Part shown: positions 1 through 10,318 of the stretch, one piece after another
How positions within the stretch are numbered: the first letter of the stretch is position 1
Layout: every line of letters begins with the position of its first letter
NCBI RefSeq assembly: GCF_000143415.4
Contig: NW_003314403.1
Span: forward strand, 269,248 to 296,272
DNA length: 27,025 bases
DNA from: Selaginella moellendorffii
Lineage: Eukaryota > Plantae > Lycopodiophyta
Direction of reading: 5' to 3'
The notes under the pieces: generated by a model
The model's database searches: none
Told to the model about the DNA's origin: nothing
The model's input: only the letters and a program-made list of their open reading frames with translations
Position numbers and translations under genes: made by a program

Positions 1-152
1 CTTATGACTTCCTCTTTGGAAATGGTGAGAGCCAGGAAACACGCAGGTTGCGTTTACTTCAACCTTTGAGAATCCCTTGGACAGAAGTTTCAGGCGAGAT
101 TTACAGCCCAGATGCCTATTATAAATTTGAAATGCTTTACAAACGTGTGTAA

Positions 153-948
153 AATGATTTTATATTCTGGACACAGGTACATACATTGTGCTGGTTTTAA
201 ACTTGCGAATTCATTTGCGTTTCCAGAAACAATGGCATGGCGGGAGGTAAAGACGACTGGTGCGGAGCTGATGCTAAGAGCCAGGCACACAACAATCAGC
301 CATGGAAAGTACGTGAGTCTCTCATGGGGCTTTTACGTATTTTGTAGCAACTGGTGTTTGGGCAACTTCGAATCCCTCTGGTCCCGGGCCTTCTCCACGT
401 TTCTCCCTTGCAGGAGATTCCGTGGATGCAGAGTGAGGCATATGATTCTTCTATGGGGGATATAACGAAGAGCTTGAAGCTCTGGATGACATGTATTTCC
501 TTGACACAGGTTGGCTTCTTCTTTAAATGACATTGCTGCCATTCTTGACAATATGGTTGCCGTTTTTCTGTGAAGAGATGCTGAGGGGGAAAGATCCATC
601 AGAACCAAAGCTATCCATGCGTAAGGAACTTAAGAGAAGGCGGCAAGAGTATCGTGCCACGCCATTCGTGCTAGACAAGCAACGGGATGCGGACAAGAGC
701 TTGGTTTCATCTCACAAAGGTATCTGCAGAAAAACTTGGACCTCTCCAATTTTTCCCTGTCAAACTCATGCTACAGAGTTTCAAGCTCATCTTCAGCTGC
801 TAGGCGAGAAGATGTTCGAGGCTAGAGTAAGCGACATATTCAACTACAGATACATATTAGAAGCGTCCATCGATGGGAAGCTTTTCTGTGGGCTGCTCTT
901 CTCGTACAAGCCTGGTTTTGCTCAGGCAGTACAATCTTACATGGCGAG
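153..948 (+). pseudogene. Kelch-repeat (galactose oxidase/kelch superfamily) gene, 3' fragment, decayed
   Basis: Manual splicing gives YILDT / intron 177-226 / ETMAWREVKTTGAELMLRARHTTISHGKY, then TGVWATSNPSGPGPSPRFSLAGDSVDAE*GI*FFYGGYNEELEALDDMYFLDT, then EPKLSMRKELKRRRQEY and GEKMFEARVSDIFNYRYILEASIDGKLFCGLLFSYK. These resemble the kelch repeats and C-terminal domain of At1g18610-type proteins. In-frame TGA at 434-436 and 443-445; an exon is truncated near 312. Confidence 0.8.
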
Positions 949-975
949 ATTTGTTTCGTTTGATTCTCAGTTACT

Positions 976-1457
976 CTCAATGAAACACTGCAACTTGCAA
1001 AAAATATCCCCAATGGTCTTTAGAAGAGCCTTGTTAGACCTCGAGTTTAATAGTGAGTCTCCTTCTCTCAAGTGATGTTCAAGTGATTTGGAAGCGTGGC
1101 TAAGACAAGTACATATGGATCCACCCTGATCCGGAAAAGTTCAATCCAGCTGGGAGGTACGAGATTCTCACCCATGCTCTGTAACTCTGGCTGGGATTTT
1201 TAACTAGAAATATGGAGTATCTCCATTCACGTTCACACCCTTTGGGATGGGAAATCGAACTTACAAACTTGCCAAGCTTCAAATCTTCATTGTCGTCCAT
1301 TACTTCGTTATTACAGGTAAAGATCTATTATTTGTGCCATTATTCCTTTATCTGGGGTTTGAGGTGGACTGCCTTGGATCCCAACAGCAAAGTTTCTTAC
1401 TTGCCACATCCAAGACCACGAGACTTCTATTCTGTAAGAGTTTCAAAACTTCTGTAG
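976..1457 (+). pseudogene. CYP88 (ent-kaurenoic acid oxidase-like, CYP85 clan) P450, 3' fragment, decayed
   Basis: Four exon remnants: LNETLQLA-frameshift-ISPMVFRRALLDLEFN (ExxR Arg replaced by Gln; donor 1053); EAWLRQVHMD..HPDPEKFNP..WE (frameshifted; intron 1157-1207); KYGVSPFTFTPFGMGNRTYKLAKLQIFIVVHYF (heme Cys absent, about 3 codons short); WTALDPNSKVSYLPHPRPRDFYSVRVSKLL* (YLPHxRPxD tail typical of CYP88). Confidence 0.8.
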
Positions 1458-3166
1458 TTATAAAAGAAAAAAGTACTTTACTGAATTGTACCTCATACAA
1501 TATGATACCTTATGCATTCTCATGCCTCCACTATTCTAATTTGTCCCTGTCACTTATTGACTTATCACAAGGAGCGAATCCTTCTTTGAAGTCACTGCCT
1601 CAACAGGATGAAACTCAAAGACAAGAAGATACTCAAAGGCAGGCTTGCCAAGTACATTGTAGAGGCTGTTTGTAAGTCCCAAATGTTTCTCATCACAGGT
1701 CTTTGGAGGACATGCATAGCTTTTATGACCATGGACCAAATGTTGAGAACAGCAGCATCATCAAGAAGAGTTGCAGTCTAGCATTTAATTTGTCTCACTT
1801 CTGGCACAAGACAATAAGGTTGTTAAAAATAAGGTCTTTATTTATTTTTTAACTAAGTCCTGTTTGCACAGCAATACAATGCATCAGGAGCTTGCTGGAA
1901 ACTATGATTTACAGAGTTTCCAAGAAGGTATGAGATTCACGCTGATTACAGCAAGTAACTATCAAGTACACTTTTAGTGTTTTCTCTCATGAATCGTGAT
2001 CTCCCTTATCTTGAGTTTAGAGAAGCCTGCAAGCATCACCAGATTCTAAGAACTCAGCCAACTATGTGTGTCTTTGGAGGCTGCCATTATAAGTACTTTT
2101 TCTTTAAATTTTATATAACCTTCACTGCTAATGGAAAGCCAAGTTTACATTGCCGAGTTCACACCCCATTATCGAAGGAGTTGATTCCCCAGATAAATCC
2201 CTGCACCACGACCCAGTGCTCATACAAAGCTAGAAGCTGGTCAACTGTACATGACTTTAGAGTTGGTAGCAACATGCTCAAGACTGGACGATTGCTGGTG
2301 AATTCTTACAGACTTTCATCTAACATGCTAGGTAACCATAGAGCAGCAAGGAAAGAACATTCAAGAAGCCTTTCAAGATCCTACTCTTTATTTTGTAGGA
2401 AATTCAGCACTTGGCTCTCCGAATTTGCAGCATGCCGGGACTGCATTGCAATCTGTTGGGATTTCTCCTATCCAAGATGTGTGCAAGTATGCACAGATTT
2501 TGAAGATTTTGAAGGAGATTTAGAAGGTAGTAGGTAGACACTGCTTGATTCTTATTATAATGAGGCTTATAACATTAACTTTGGCCAATCTTGCTAAACA
2601 ATAGACTATGGCCGGTTTAGTAAAGGGCCGATAAAACGTGTTTGGTTGTAAAACTCAGTTCTCTTGAGATTCTTACAACTTGCTTCTGAAAGTCTTTATG
2701 TTTTGCCTTTGTGCTTCGCAAATCTTCCTCAACAAATCAGAATAATTTTAAAAATCATTTTTAATCTTCAAGATTAGCATTTTCCACAACATCCATGTTA
2801 AATATAATATAAATCCCAGCTGAAATTATGTTTCTCTTTTCTAATTTACCTTGAAAATGAGTACCATCCAAAGCGAGGGGTGGAAAACTGGAAGCCAATC
2901 CGTCTTGAAGGCATTGTGCTGCAATTTAGTCCGGACTTTGCTAAAGAAATATTCGAATACAATCCATTCGATGATGCCGAAGATATGCTTGACATATGTA
3001 TGAAGAAAGAATTGTTGTAGATTAGACTTTATAGAACAAAAGTAATATTAGTCTATGAAAAAGTGTTATTAGTATTTGAAAAGAAAAGACCAGTTTGACA
3101 TAAAAGGATCAAAATCATCAGGTTCCAACTGTCATGCATGCATAGTGTTCCATCAAAGAGCAACAG

Positions 3167-3350
3167 GCTGCTGAGGACTACCTTGTCCAACTCTTTGAAG
3201 CCATCAATTTATGTGCCCTTCATGGCAAAAGAGTCACAATAAGTAAGTATTCAAATAACACACACAAAAAGATTATAGAATTTATCAACCAGCTCGAAAA
3301 TTATACATTTAGCCTGTCGGCTTAGAGGAACCTTGGAGCATTTCATTTGA
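3167..3350 (+). pseudogene. CENH3: Centromeric histone H3 (CENH3)-like fragment, last two exons, decayed
   Basis: A 76-nt exon at 3167-3242, bounded by CAG| and |GTAAGT, encodes AAEDYLVQLFEAINLCALHGKRVTI. 3303-3350 encodes IHLACRLRGTLEHFI*. AAED (versus AAEA) and introns before AAED and after RVTI match plant CENH3 gene structure rather than H3.1/H3.3. No upstream exons were recognised. Confidence 0.75.
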
Positions 3351-3727
3351 TACTACATTTCTTTTTCTTGCAAATTCACTTAGAGTTTACCATACAGCTT
3401 ATACTTATTGATTAGAATCCTCAAATTTTCTTAGAAAATTGCTGCTACTTTCAGGCATAAATCACTGTTAATTTCAGGCATCCTCAACCACATATTTTTG
3501 GGAAATTAAATGTTCAAAATAAAACCACTGGAGCGTGTCAAAAATATGATCTCTGTTGGATCACTGGTATAACTACCCATTCTCTTGCTGTCAATGTACT
3601 TGTGACCGGAAATTAAAAAACAAATTAGGTGTTAAACCCATGCTACTGATTCTTGGGTATGGGGTCATGATGAATGAGAGAGATACAATGAACAAAGGCA
3701 TTGATCATGGTGTCTAATCCCAGAATA

Positions 3728-3762
3728 ATATATATATATATATCTATATATATATATATATA
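3728..3762. repeat. (TA)n microsatellite, interrupted once
   Basis: Directly visible TA run with a single TC interruption. Confidence 0.9.
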
Positions 3763-3935
3763 TGAATTATAAATATACATCATTACTACTGGATGATGAA
3801 AACAAACAACTAATTCTTTAGGATTCATGTCACCTATATAACAGATGTTCTATCTATTCCAGCGGAGCTGGATTCCTTGCTAGTAGGATATGTATACACA
3901 AGAATCCAATAGAAGGTAGCAAGCCATAGCCGAAC

Positions 3936-6043
3936 TTACTTGCCGCTGCCATAGCCGAGCTTGGTAGCAAACTGCCCAAAGAGTCCTGAGTTGGGTGCTT
4001 CATTCGGATTCTCTTGGGCTATGGCGCTTTTCTCTGGCAGTGGAGACGCTTCGGCTTTGTCCTCTTTATTCTGTTCTTTGGGATGAGCTTGGTCGGGGGC
4101 TGCAATTACCTTCTCTGATGGCTCCTCTTCCTTGACAGTGTCTTGAGCAGCGGAGACTGGATCTTCTCGAGCAGACGTTTCAACTGGTGCTGCTGTTTGA
4201 TCACTCTCCTTTGACTCCGGGACTTGTGATTTCTCTGGAGCTCCTGTCAATTGATCGCTCGTCTCCTCCAGCTCTCGAGGCTTTGGTGCCGACTCCTGCG
4301 TTGGAAGTGCCTGTGGCTCTTCATCTTTGATTTCCTCGATGGTGGGTGCATCGTCGGTCCGCTCCAGTGTTTCATCCTTGGCGTCCATGAAGTTCTCCCC
4401 GTTCTTTGGTGCTTCTGGTAAACCTTTGTCACTCGCATCCACAAATCCAATGTCCCGTTGTGAGGAGCTATCTTCCACTTTGCTGCCAATCTCGTCTTTC
4501 TCAGCTGGAGATTCTTCCACTTTGCTGCCGCTCTCGTCTTTCTCAACTGGGGATTCTTCCACTTTGCTGCTGCTAATTTCCTCTGGGCCTCTCTCGGCTT
4601 GCGCTCCCTCGCCTTTGCTGGACTCGCTCTCCTTGGTCGCATTGATAGAAGTCTCGTCGTCGAGCTTTGTCTCCGCGGATTGCTGTTCCAAGCCGGATGA
4701 TTCCTTCAAAGCCTCGTCAACCTTTGAGTCGCCCAGATGCTCATCGGCGGCTGGTGCTTTCTCGCCAGCCACTGTATCGTCGAGAGGCGCTGCTTTTTCC
4801 TGCTCTTGACCCATCGGATCGTCAAGAATCTGCTCGTCTCCGTGCGTTGGAGCACTCCGATCGTCAGCCACCTTTGGGTCGATCTCACCACCCTCTTGTT
4901 TCTCGCCTGAAGTTTGATGCTCGCTCGGAAGCTCGCGCGGCTCAGCAGAGATCTCGTCAGTGCCTTTCTCGCCCTCAAACTTTGGAGGCTGATCGATCTC
5001 CTTTGTGTCAAGTTCTCGGCTGACAATATTCTCATCACCTTCCGTTGGCTGCTGTACGAAAAGAGCAAGATCACTACTCATTCAAGGAAAACTCATCAGT
5101 TCTTACCTTGGCAGCATCGTTTCCCTGATCAACTTTAGCTTGCTCCAAGGACTCCTCCCCTTGAGCACTTGAGGAAGACTTAATGTCGGGTTCTCCAGTG
5201 TAAACATTGCTGGAAGACAGTTCTTCCACTTGTTCGGGAGTGACTTGCACCCCCTTGTCGGACATAAAAATGCTCCTATCTTTCCTCTCATCGTCACGAG
5301 TTTCAGAAGTCTGTGGAGTCGGTTCTTGAGTCTGTGACTCCGCGGGTGCCTTGTCATCGAGATCACCATCTTTGTCCTTGTAATTGTAGTTCGTGGGGAC
5401 GGCTTGGAGGGCGTCCGATGGCTCTTGATGCTCCGCGATGGCTTGAGAAGGCAACCCCTCGGTTAGGCCATCCGATTTTCTAAATTCAAAGCTATCATCA
5501 TTGTCTGATAAGAAAAAACATCCATCTTTAGTCGGACTGATACAGAAAAAACCCTCGAATTCCATACCTTTCTTTTCCTTTTGCTGGATCAAAGCATACT
5601 CATCCAATGGCACATTCAAATCCTGCAAGAATCACGATCCGAATTGATACTTTTGTCGAATTATTATCGAATTTGCTTACTCTCGAGTCGGGCTGGCTGG
5701 AAGGAGCCTGAGCCTCGGTGCTCAGCTCTTCCTCTTCCTCAACCTCACCCTCTTCACCAGGAATAGAATCATCGATAATCTCTTGCTTAGTGCCGTCCTC
5801 ACCACCGCCGCTATGACTCTTGGGCTTGAGCTTGCTCCCGAGTTTCTTGACCTTGTCCTTGGCCTTCTGGAGCACGGATTTCTTCTCCGGAGTTGCGCCA
5901 CTGCCGCCCTCCACAACCTGTGCCTCATCCTTGACGTGATCTATCGAAGTTTCGATTGAGAATCAAGCGTTTAGTCTTCAAGAATGCGATGCTAGAAAAG
6001 AAACACTCTAATGTATAGTACCTGGGTGGTGCTCTTGAGCCAT
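3936..6043 (-). CDS. LTI65/LTI78 (RD29/CAP160)-like hydrophilic acidic stress protein, about 616 aa, 5 exons
   Basis: Exons 6043-6022, 5940-5681, 5622-5568, 5504-5107 and 5051-3936 join in frame with GT-AG introns (1851 nt). The N-terminal EKKSVLQKAKDKVKKLGSKLK followed by an acidic tract resembles the LTI65/78 N-terminal motif. The rest is E/D/K/S/P-rich. ABRE motifs lie upstream. Confidence 0.75.
4471..4570 (-). repeat. 42-bp coding tandem repeat (about 2.4 copies)
   Basis: TCTTCCACTTTGCTGC recurs at 4471, 4513 and 4555, encoding SKVEESP(V/A)EKDE(S/I)G. Confidence 0.9.
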
Positions 6044-6131
6044 GCTTTATCTTGTAGTGGATAGACTATCCCCGACTACGTTCTCGCAAATCAAGCAAAG
6101 TGTTCTGAGCTCCACACCAATCGCCAGAGAG

Positions 6132-6222
6132 TTTATAAAGCGGCCGGATCGGACGGACGAGGGGAGACGTGGCGGCATCCAGCGGCGCGGGCCATGTGGG
6201 TCCGTCTCCTCTTGACACGTGT
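6132..6222 (-). promoter_or_regulatory. TATA box plus ABRE/G-box cluster for the LTI65-like gene
   Basis: TTTATAAA at 6132-6139, ACGTGGC at 6167-6173, CATGTG at 6193-6198, and GACACGTGT at 6214-6222 (ACGTGTC on the minus strand). Paired ABREs near the TATA box are the established architecture of ABA-induced RD29B-type promoters. Confidence 0.65.
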
Positions 6223-6583
6223 TTTGCTCCTCTGGCATGGCTACCTGTCCCCCGCGAATATTTCTGCCCCGTTGGATTAGAGTAATGTATAAAATACTAC
6301 GATACGATAATGTCCGTATGGATGGTACGGAAAGACCATGCTTTTTTTTAGCATGCTCGCAACGGCATCAATTTATACCCTTCCGATTTAAACGGTTCGG
6401 GTAGCCGAACCTAGTCGCAACAGCCAGAATTTTGGCTCGGCGGGGCGGCTCGGCACCGGGGCTGGGGCATTAGGCGGGCAAAGCAATTCGAGAGAGCTCA
6501 AAGAAGGTGGAGGTAGCGAGCCCTAGGGTTGGATCGATCGATCGCCGGGACTGGCTTGTGATGCGCCGCGGCGCAGCCGACTG

Positions 6584-9500
6584 ATGCGCTGCGCGATGCT
6601 CTCCTCGGCAATGCACGGCGGCAATGCGGCCGGATCGGCGGAGGCGTCGCGGGCGAGCGATGAGCACGACAGGAATTTGACGGTGGTGGAAGTGGCCGCG
6701 GGGAGGGTGAGCGATGTGCATATGGCGTCCAGGAAGGCGGAGGAAGCAGGTATGGATTCCAAGGTTTTGGGCCGAGCCTAAATTTTTGTCTCAGCTACAA
6801 GAAGGTTTCAAGCGGCTTCTTGGATCAACAAAATTGTTGGGTGCTCCAAAATACCATCGGAGCCATCGGAGGATGAGCTGCGGCTGTGCCTCCGGAATGG
6901 AGCGCTGCTCTGCCGTCTCATGAACAGGATTGAGCCAGGTTCCGTCTCAAAGGTTGGTTGCTTTGGTTTTGATGCATTTGTCAGAGTGACTGACTTGCAT
7001 TTCTGCCGGATGTATCGGAACAGGTTGTGGAGACTACCTCATCCGATGGGAGTTTATCGGCATTTCAATGCTTCGAGAACTTGAGAAACTTTCTGGTCGC
7101 GTCGCAAGAGATGAGGCTTCCTACATTCGAAAGCTCGGATTTGGAACAGGTATATCCAATGTTTTGACACCGCATGTTGGAAGTACCACTGACTGACCAC
7201 TTGCATTTCACTATCAGGCTACAGGATCCATGACAAAAGTTGTGGATTGTATTTTAGCACTAAAGTCTTACAACGAGTGGAAGCAGACGGGGGCGCTCGG
7301 CTCCTGGAAGTACGCTGGATCTCTGCGGTCACCGTTGCGAGGGAATGTCTATCCGAGAGGATATGGAAGACCTGGAGGCGCTGAAAATACTTTCAAGAAA
7401 AACTCGAGGAAGAGACTCCTTCCACCTGACAATTATGTCGAAGCTGAAGACCAACCTGTAGCTTCTGGAACGCAAACAGATGAACCTCAAGTGGTAAGAA
7501 ACTCCTTCCGTGACACCTCTTAATGTTATGCATGTGCAACTTAGCCTGATGATGCGAAGGTTAGGGAGGACTTCCAGCAACCTCCGGGAGTACACGTTAC
7601 AGATGTGAGTTGTCGCTGCCTTTTCTTCTTTGAACCAACATTCTGTTCTACGTGCTTCAGGGAAAATATTTAAAGAGCAAGAAACTGGACCAAATGCTCG
7701 TGGAGGCGCGAATCGAAATTAAGGTGAGTGAAACCAGCTATAGTTCTGGATGCAGACATTTAATCTATATCCTCTTCTGTTCATGTAGAGCTTAAGATCC
7801 GCACTTGAAATCGTCAAGGGCGACGCCAATGAGATGCAGAAAATGTGGAAAACCGACGTGAATTGCTTGGGTAAAACATGTTCTTGAAATTGACCAGTAT
7901 CTAACGTGTACTGCTCAGAAAACCAAGTCCTCGGNNNNNNNNNNNNNNNNNNNNNNNNNNNNNNNNNNNNNNNNNNNNNNNNNNNNNNNNNNNNNNNNNN
8001 NNNNNNNNNNNNNNNNNNNNNNNNNNNNNNNNNNGAAGTTCAAGATCTCAAAGGTACAGAATTTCTACATCAATGGCTTCTAACGTTTTAAGTTTGCGCA
8101 GGGAACATACGGGTGTATTGCAGAGTAAGGCCATCGTCAGACCCTGTAGGATCTGTCGAATTTATTGGTGAGAATGGGGAAATTATGATTGCTAATAAGG
8201 AGTTACGCAAGTCGTTTTGCTTTAACCGGATTTTTGGTCCTCGTGCAACTCAAGGTTCGTTCTGCACATGGTATGCTCTTCATTTGCTCACCCTGTTGGC
8301 ATTTACAGAGTCTGTGTACCTTGATACTCAACCTCTCATTCGATCGGTACTTGACGGCTACAATGTTTGCATCTTTGCTTATGGTCAAACTGGATCCGGA
8401 AAAACATACACGATGGTTCGTTTCTGATAGTATTTTCTTCTTGTGACTTGTCCTTTGTGATGCAGAGTGGTCCTGATAATCTAACAGAAGAAACATGGGG
8501 TGTAAATTATCGAGCCCTCCATGACTTGTTCAAAATTACCACCGACCGCAAGAACCTGTTTCAATATGAGATCGTGGTTCAATTTCTGGAGATCTACAAT
8601 GAACATTTGAGGGATTTGCTCACTGGAGATTCTGGAAACAAAAAATATCCTTTGGTGTCCTGGTCCTGACTTTTACTGATAGCTTTCCTTGACTTTCTTA
8701 CGCTGGAAATTCGAAATTGTTCGCAGAAGAATGGCATTAACGTCCCCGACGCGACCATGATGCCAGTGAATTCGACCGCGGATGTCCTGCAGTTGATGAA
8801 GCTTGGCCAGAAGAATCGTTCTGTTGGTTCAACAGCCATGAACGAAAGAAGCAGCCGCTCTCACAGGTGCGTCAATGTGCAATCCCGTTTCCATTTTACA
8901 AATTCCGGCTTTTCTTTTAGTGTATTGACGGTACATGTCCGAGGCAAAGACCTGAAGACTGGTGCTGTTCTACATGGGTCTCTTCATCTCGTAGATCTTG
9001 CTGGGAGTGAAAGAGTTGATAAATCTGAAGCCACTGGAGAACGCCTCAAAGAAGCTCAGTATATCAACAAGTCCCTTGCAGCTCTGGGAGACGTGATCGC
9101 GGCGTTGAGTGTGAAAAGCTCGCACGTGCCTTACAGGAATAGCAAGCTGACTCAACTTCTTCAAGATTCCTTAGGTACTTCCAATTCCAAAGGCTCTTTC
9201 GACTGACATTGTCGTGTTTTCTGTCAGGTGGCCAGGCAAAAGCTCTAATGTTTGTACATATGAGCCCAGACATTGAGTCCTTTAGTGAGACGCTGAGCAC
9301 GCTCAAGTTCGCTGAGAGAGTGGCCACTGTAGAACTTGGAGCGGCACGAACTAACCGAGAGAGTGGTGAAGTACGGGATTTGAAAGATCAGGTACGTTAT
9401 GCATGTTCCTGGGTGTCACCCGTAACACAACCATTTCTCCAGGTAATGGCATTGAAAGAGGCGATGGCCAAGAAGGACGCAGAGATAGAAAAGCTAAAGC

Positions 9501-10318
9501 TTGGTCTAATACCGAAGACAAGGATAAAAGGCACGCCACTCAGAGGCTTGCTGGCACCGGAAGCTACCATGTCAGCAGAATGGCACCTTACAACAGAGGA
9601 CAGTTCACACTCGTCGTCTACAAGCCCGGACGAAGAGGTCTTTGAGTCGTGTTTGAGCACCGATAGCGGGAAAGACGAAGCGAGCTGTCCGGAGTTACTA
9701 TTCTCGTCGTCTCCGAGTAGGCCTACTCCCAAACGAATTTTGCAGGAGAAGGTTCTCAACGCAAAGGCAGTCGTCACGACTTCATTTTCAGGGAAGCCAA
9801 GACTCAAGCCTACAGAACTGACCGCGAGTCAGAAACTCTTGAGAAAGAGCGCTTATTTAAGAGGTTCTTCTTACTTGGATCAGAATTTGGACACAGGTGG
9901 CAGATCTCCCGCTAGCATCAGGAAACCGCAACCTGGACCTCAGTGGAGGTTTGTACTCTCATTTCCAGTTACTGTTCCTGGTCGGCTGCTAATATTATAT
10001 GCTTTCTTCAGGACGCCTTTACAACCACCTAAACTCAAGGCGTCTGATCCACGGCTCTCCTGTGGCGACCAGTTCGCTTCGTCCCGTCGATACTCAAATG
10101 TTGGCGTGCCCGCTGATTGCTCGAGCGTGAAACGGTCTTCACTGGGATCGAAGGAATCCTCTCAGTCAGGTGCGCCTTTAGTCACTCTATATTCTAAGCC
10201 TCTTTAATCTCTAATCCCCACCCCCCTCTACTTTGATGCAGGCGAGGGAAGCAAGCCAGCATTTGCTCGCCATCTTTTTGCGAATCCAACATCCAAGCCA
10301 ACTAAAAGGTGGATATAA
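6584..10318 (+). CDS. Kinesin-14 with N-terminal calponin-homology domain (KCH type), 17 exons
   Basis: Exons: 6584(or 6596/6611)-6749, 6795-6952, 7024-7149, 7218-7493, 7545-7604, 7661-7723, 7789-7870, 7919-8053 (spans the N gap), 8102-8254, 8309-8415, 8466-8644, 8702-8866, 8921-9174, 9228-9391, 9443-9948, 10012-10169, 10242-10318. Motifs: [14 protein letters not shown] domain [12 protein letters not shown] and ENLRNFL, neck [15 protein letters not shown]-loop [33 protein letters not shown]-terminal KRWI*. The start codon is uncertain. Confidence 0.93.
7935..8034. other. Assembly gap (100 N) inside a kinesin exon
   Basis: Run of N between NQVLG and EVQDLK. The true length is unknown. Confidence 0.99.
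8645..8701 (+). other. U12-type (minor spliceosome) AT-AC intron, 57 nt
   Basis: 5' end ATATCCTTT, branch site TTTCCTTGAC at 8684-8693, 3' end TAC. Removal restores [21 protein letters not shown] in frame. Confidence 0.93.

Larger units (their letters stand above)
1..3883 (+). mobile_element. Putative non-autonomous gene-capturing Helitron, 3' portion (5' end outside window)
   Basis: Seen: co-oriented decayed fragments of at least three unrelated genes with introns retained, then hairpin TCCAGC-GGA-GCTGGA (3858-3872), a 7-nt spacer, CTAG (3880-3883) and T (3884). Established: Helitron 3' ends are a short GC-rich hairpin plus CTRR, inserted before a T. No Rep/helicase ORF or 5' TC end is visible. 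Confidence 0.55.

Noticed and set aside
434-445. Two in-frame TGA codons as selenocysteine, readthrough or editing sites
   Set aside because: The same fragment has a frameshift and an exon truncation, so ordinary decay explains them. Land plants are not known to use Sec.
1977-2537. 186-aa ORF as a gene
   Set aside because: It has a GTG start, crosses intron-like T-rich tracts, shows no domain, and lies within the fragment mosaic.
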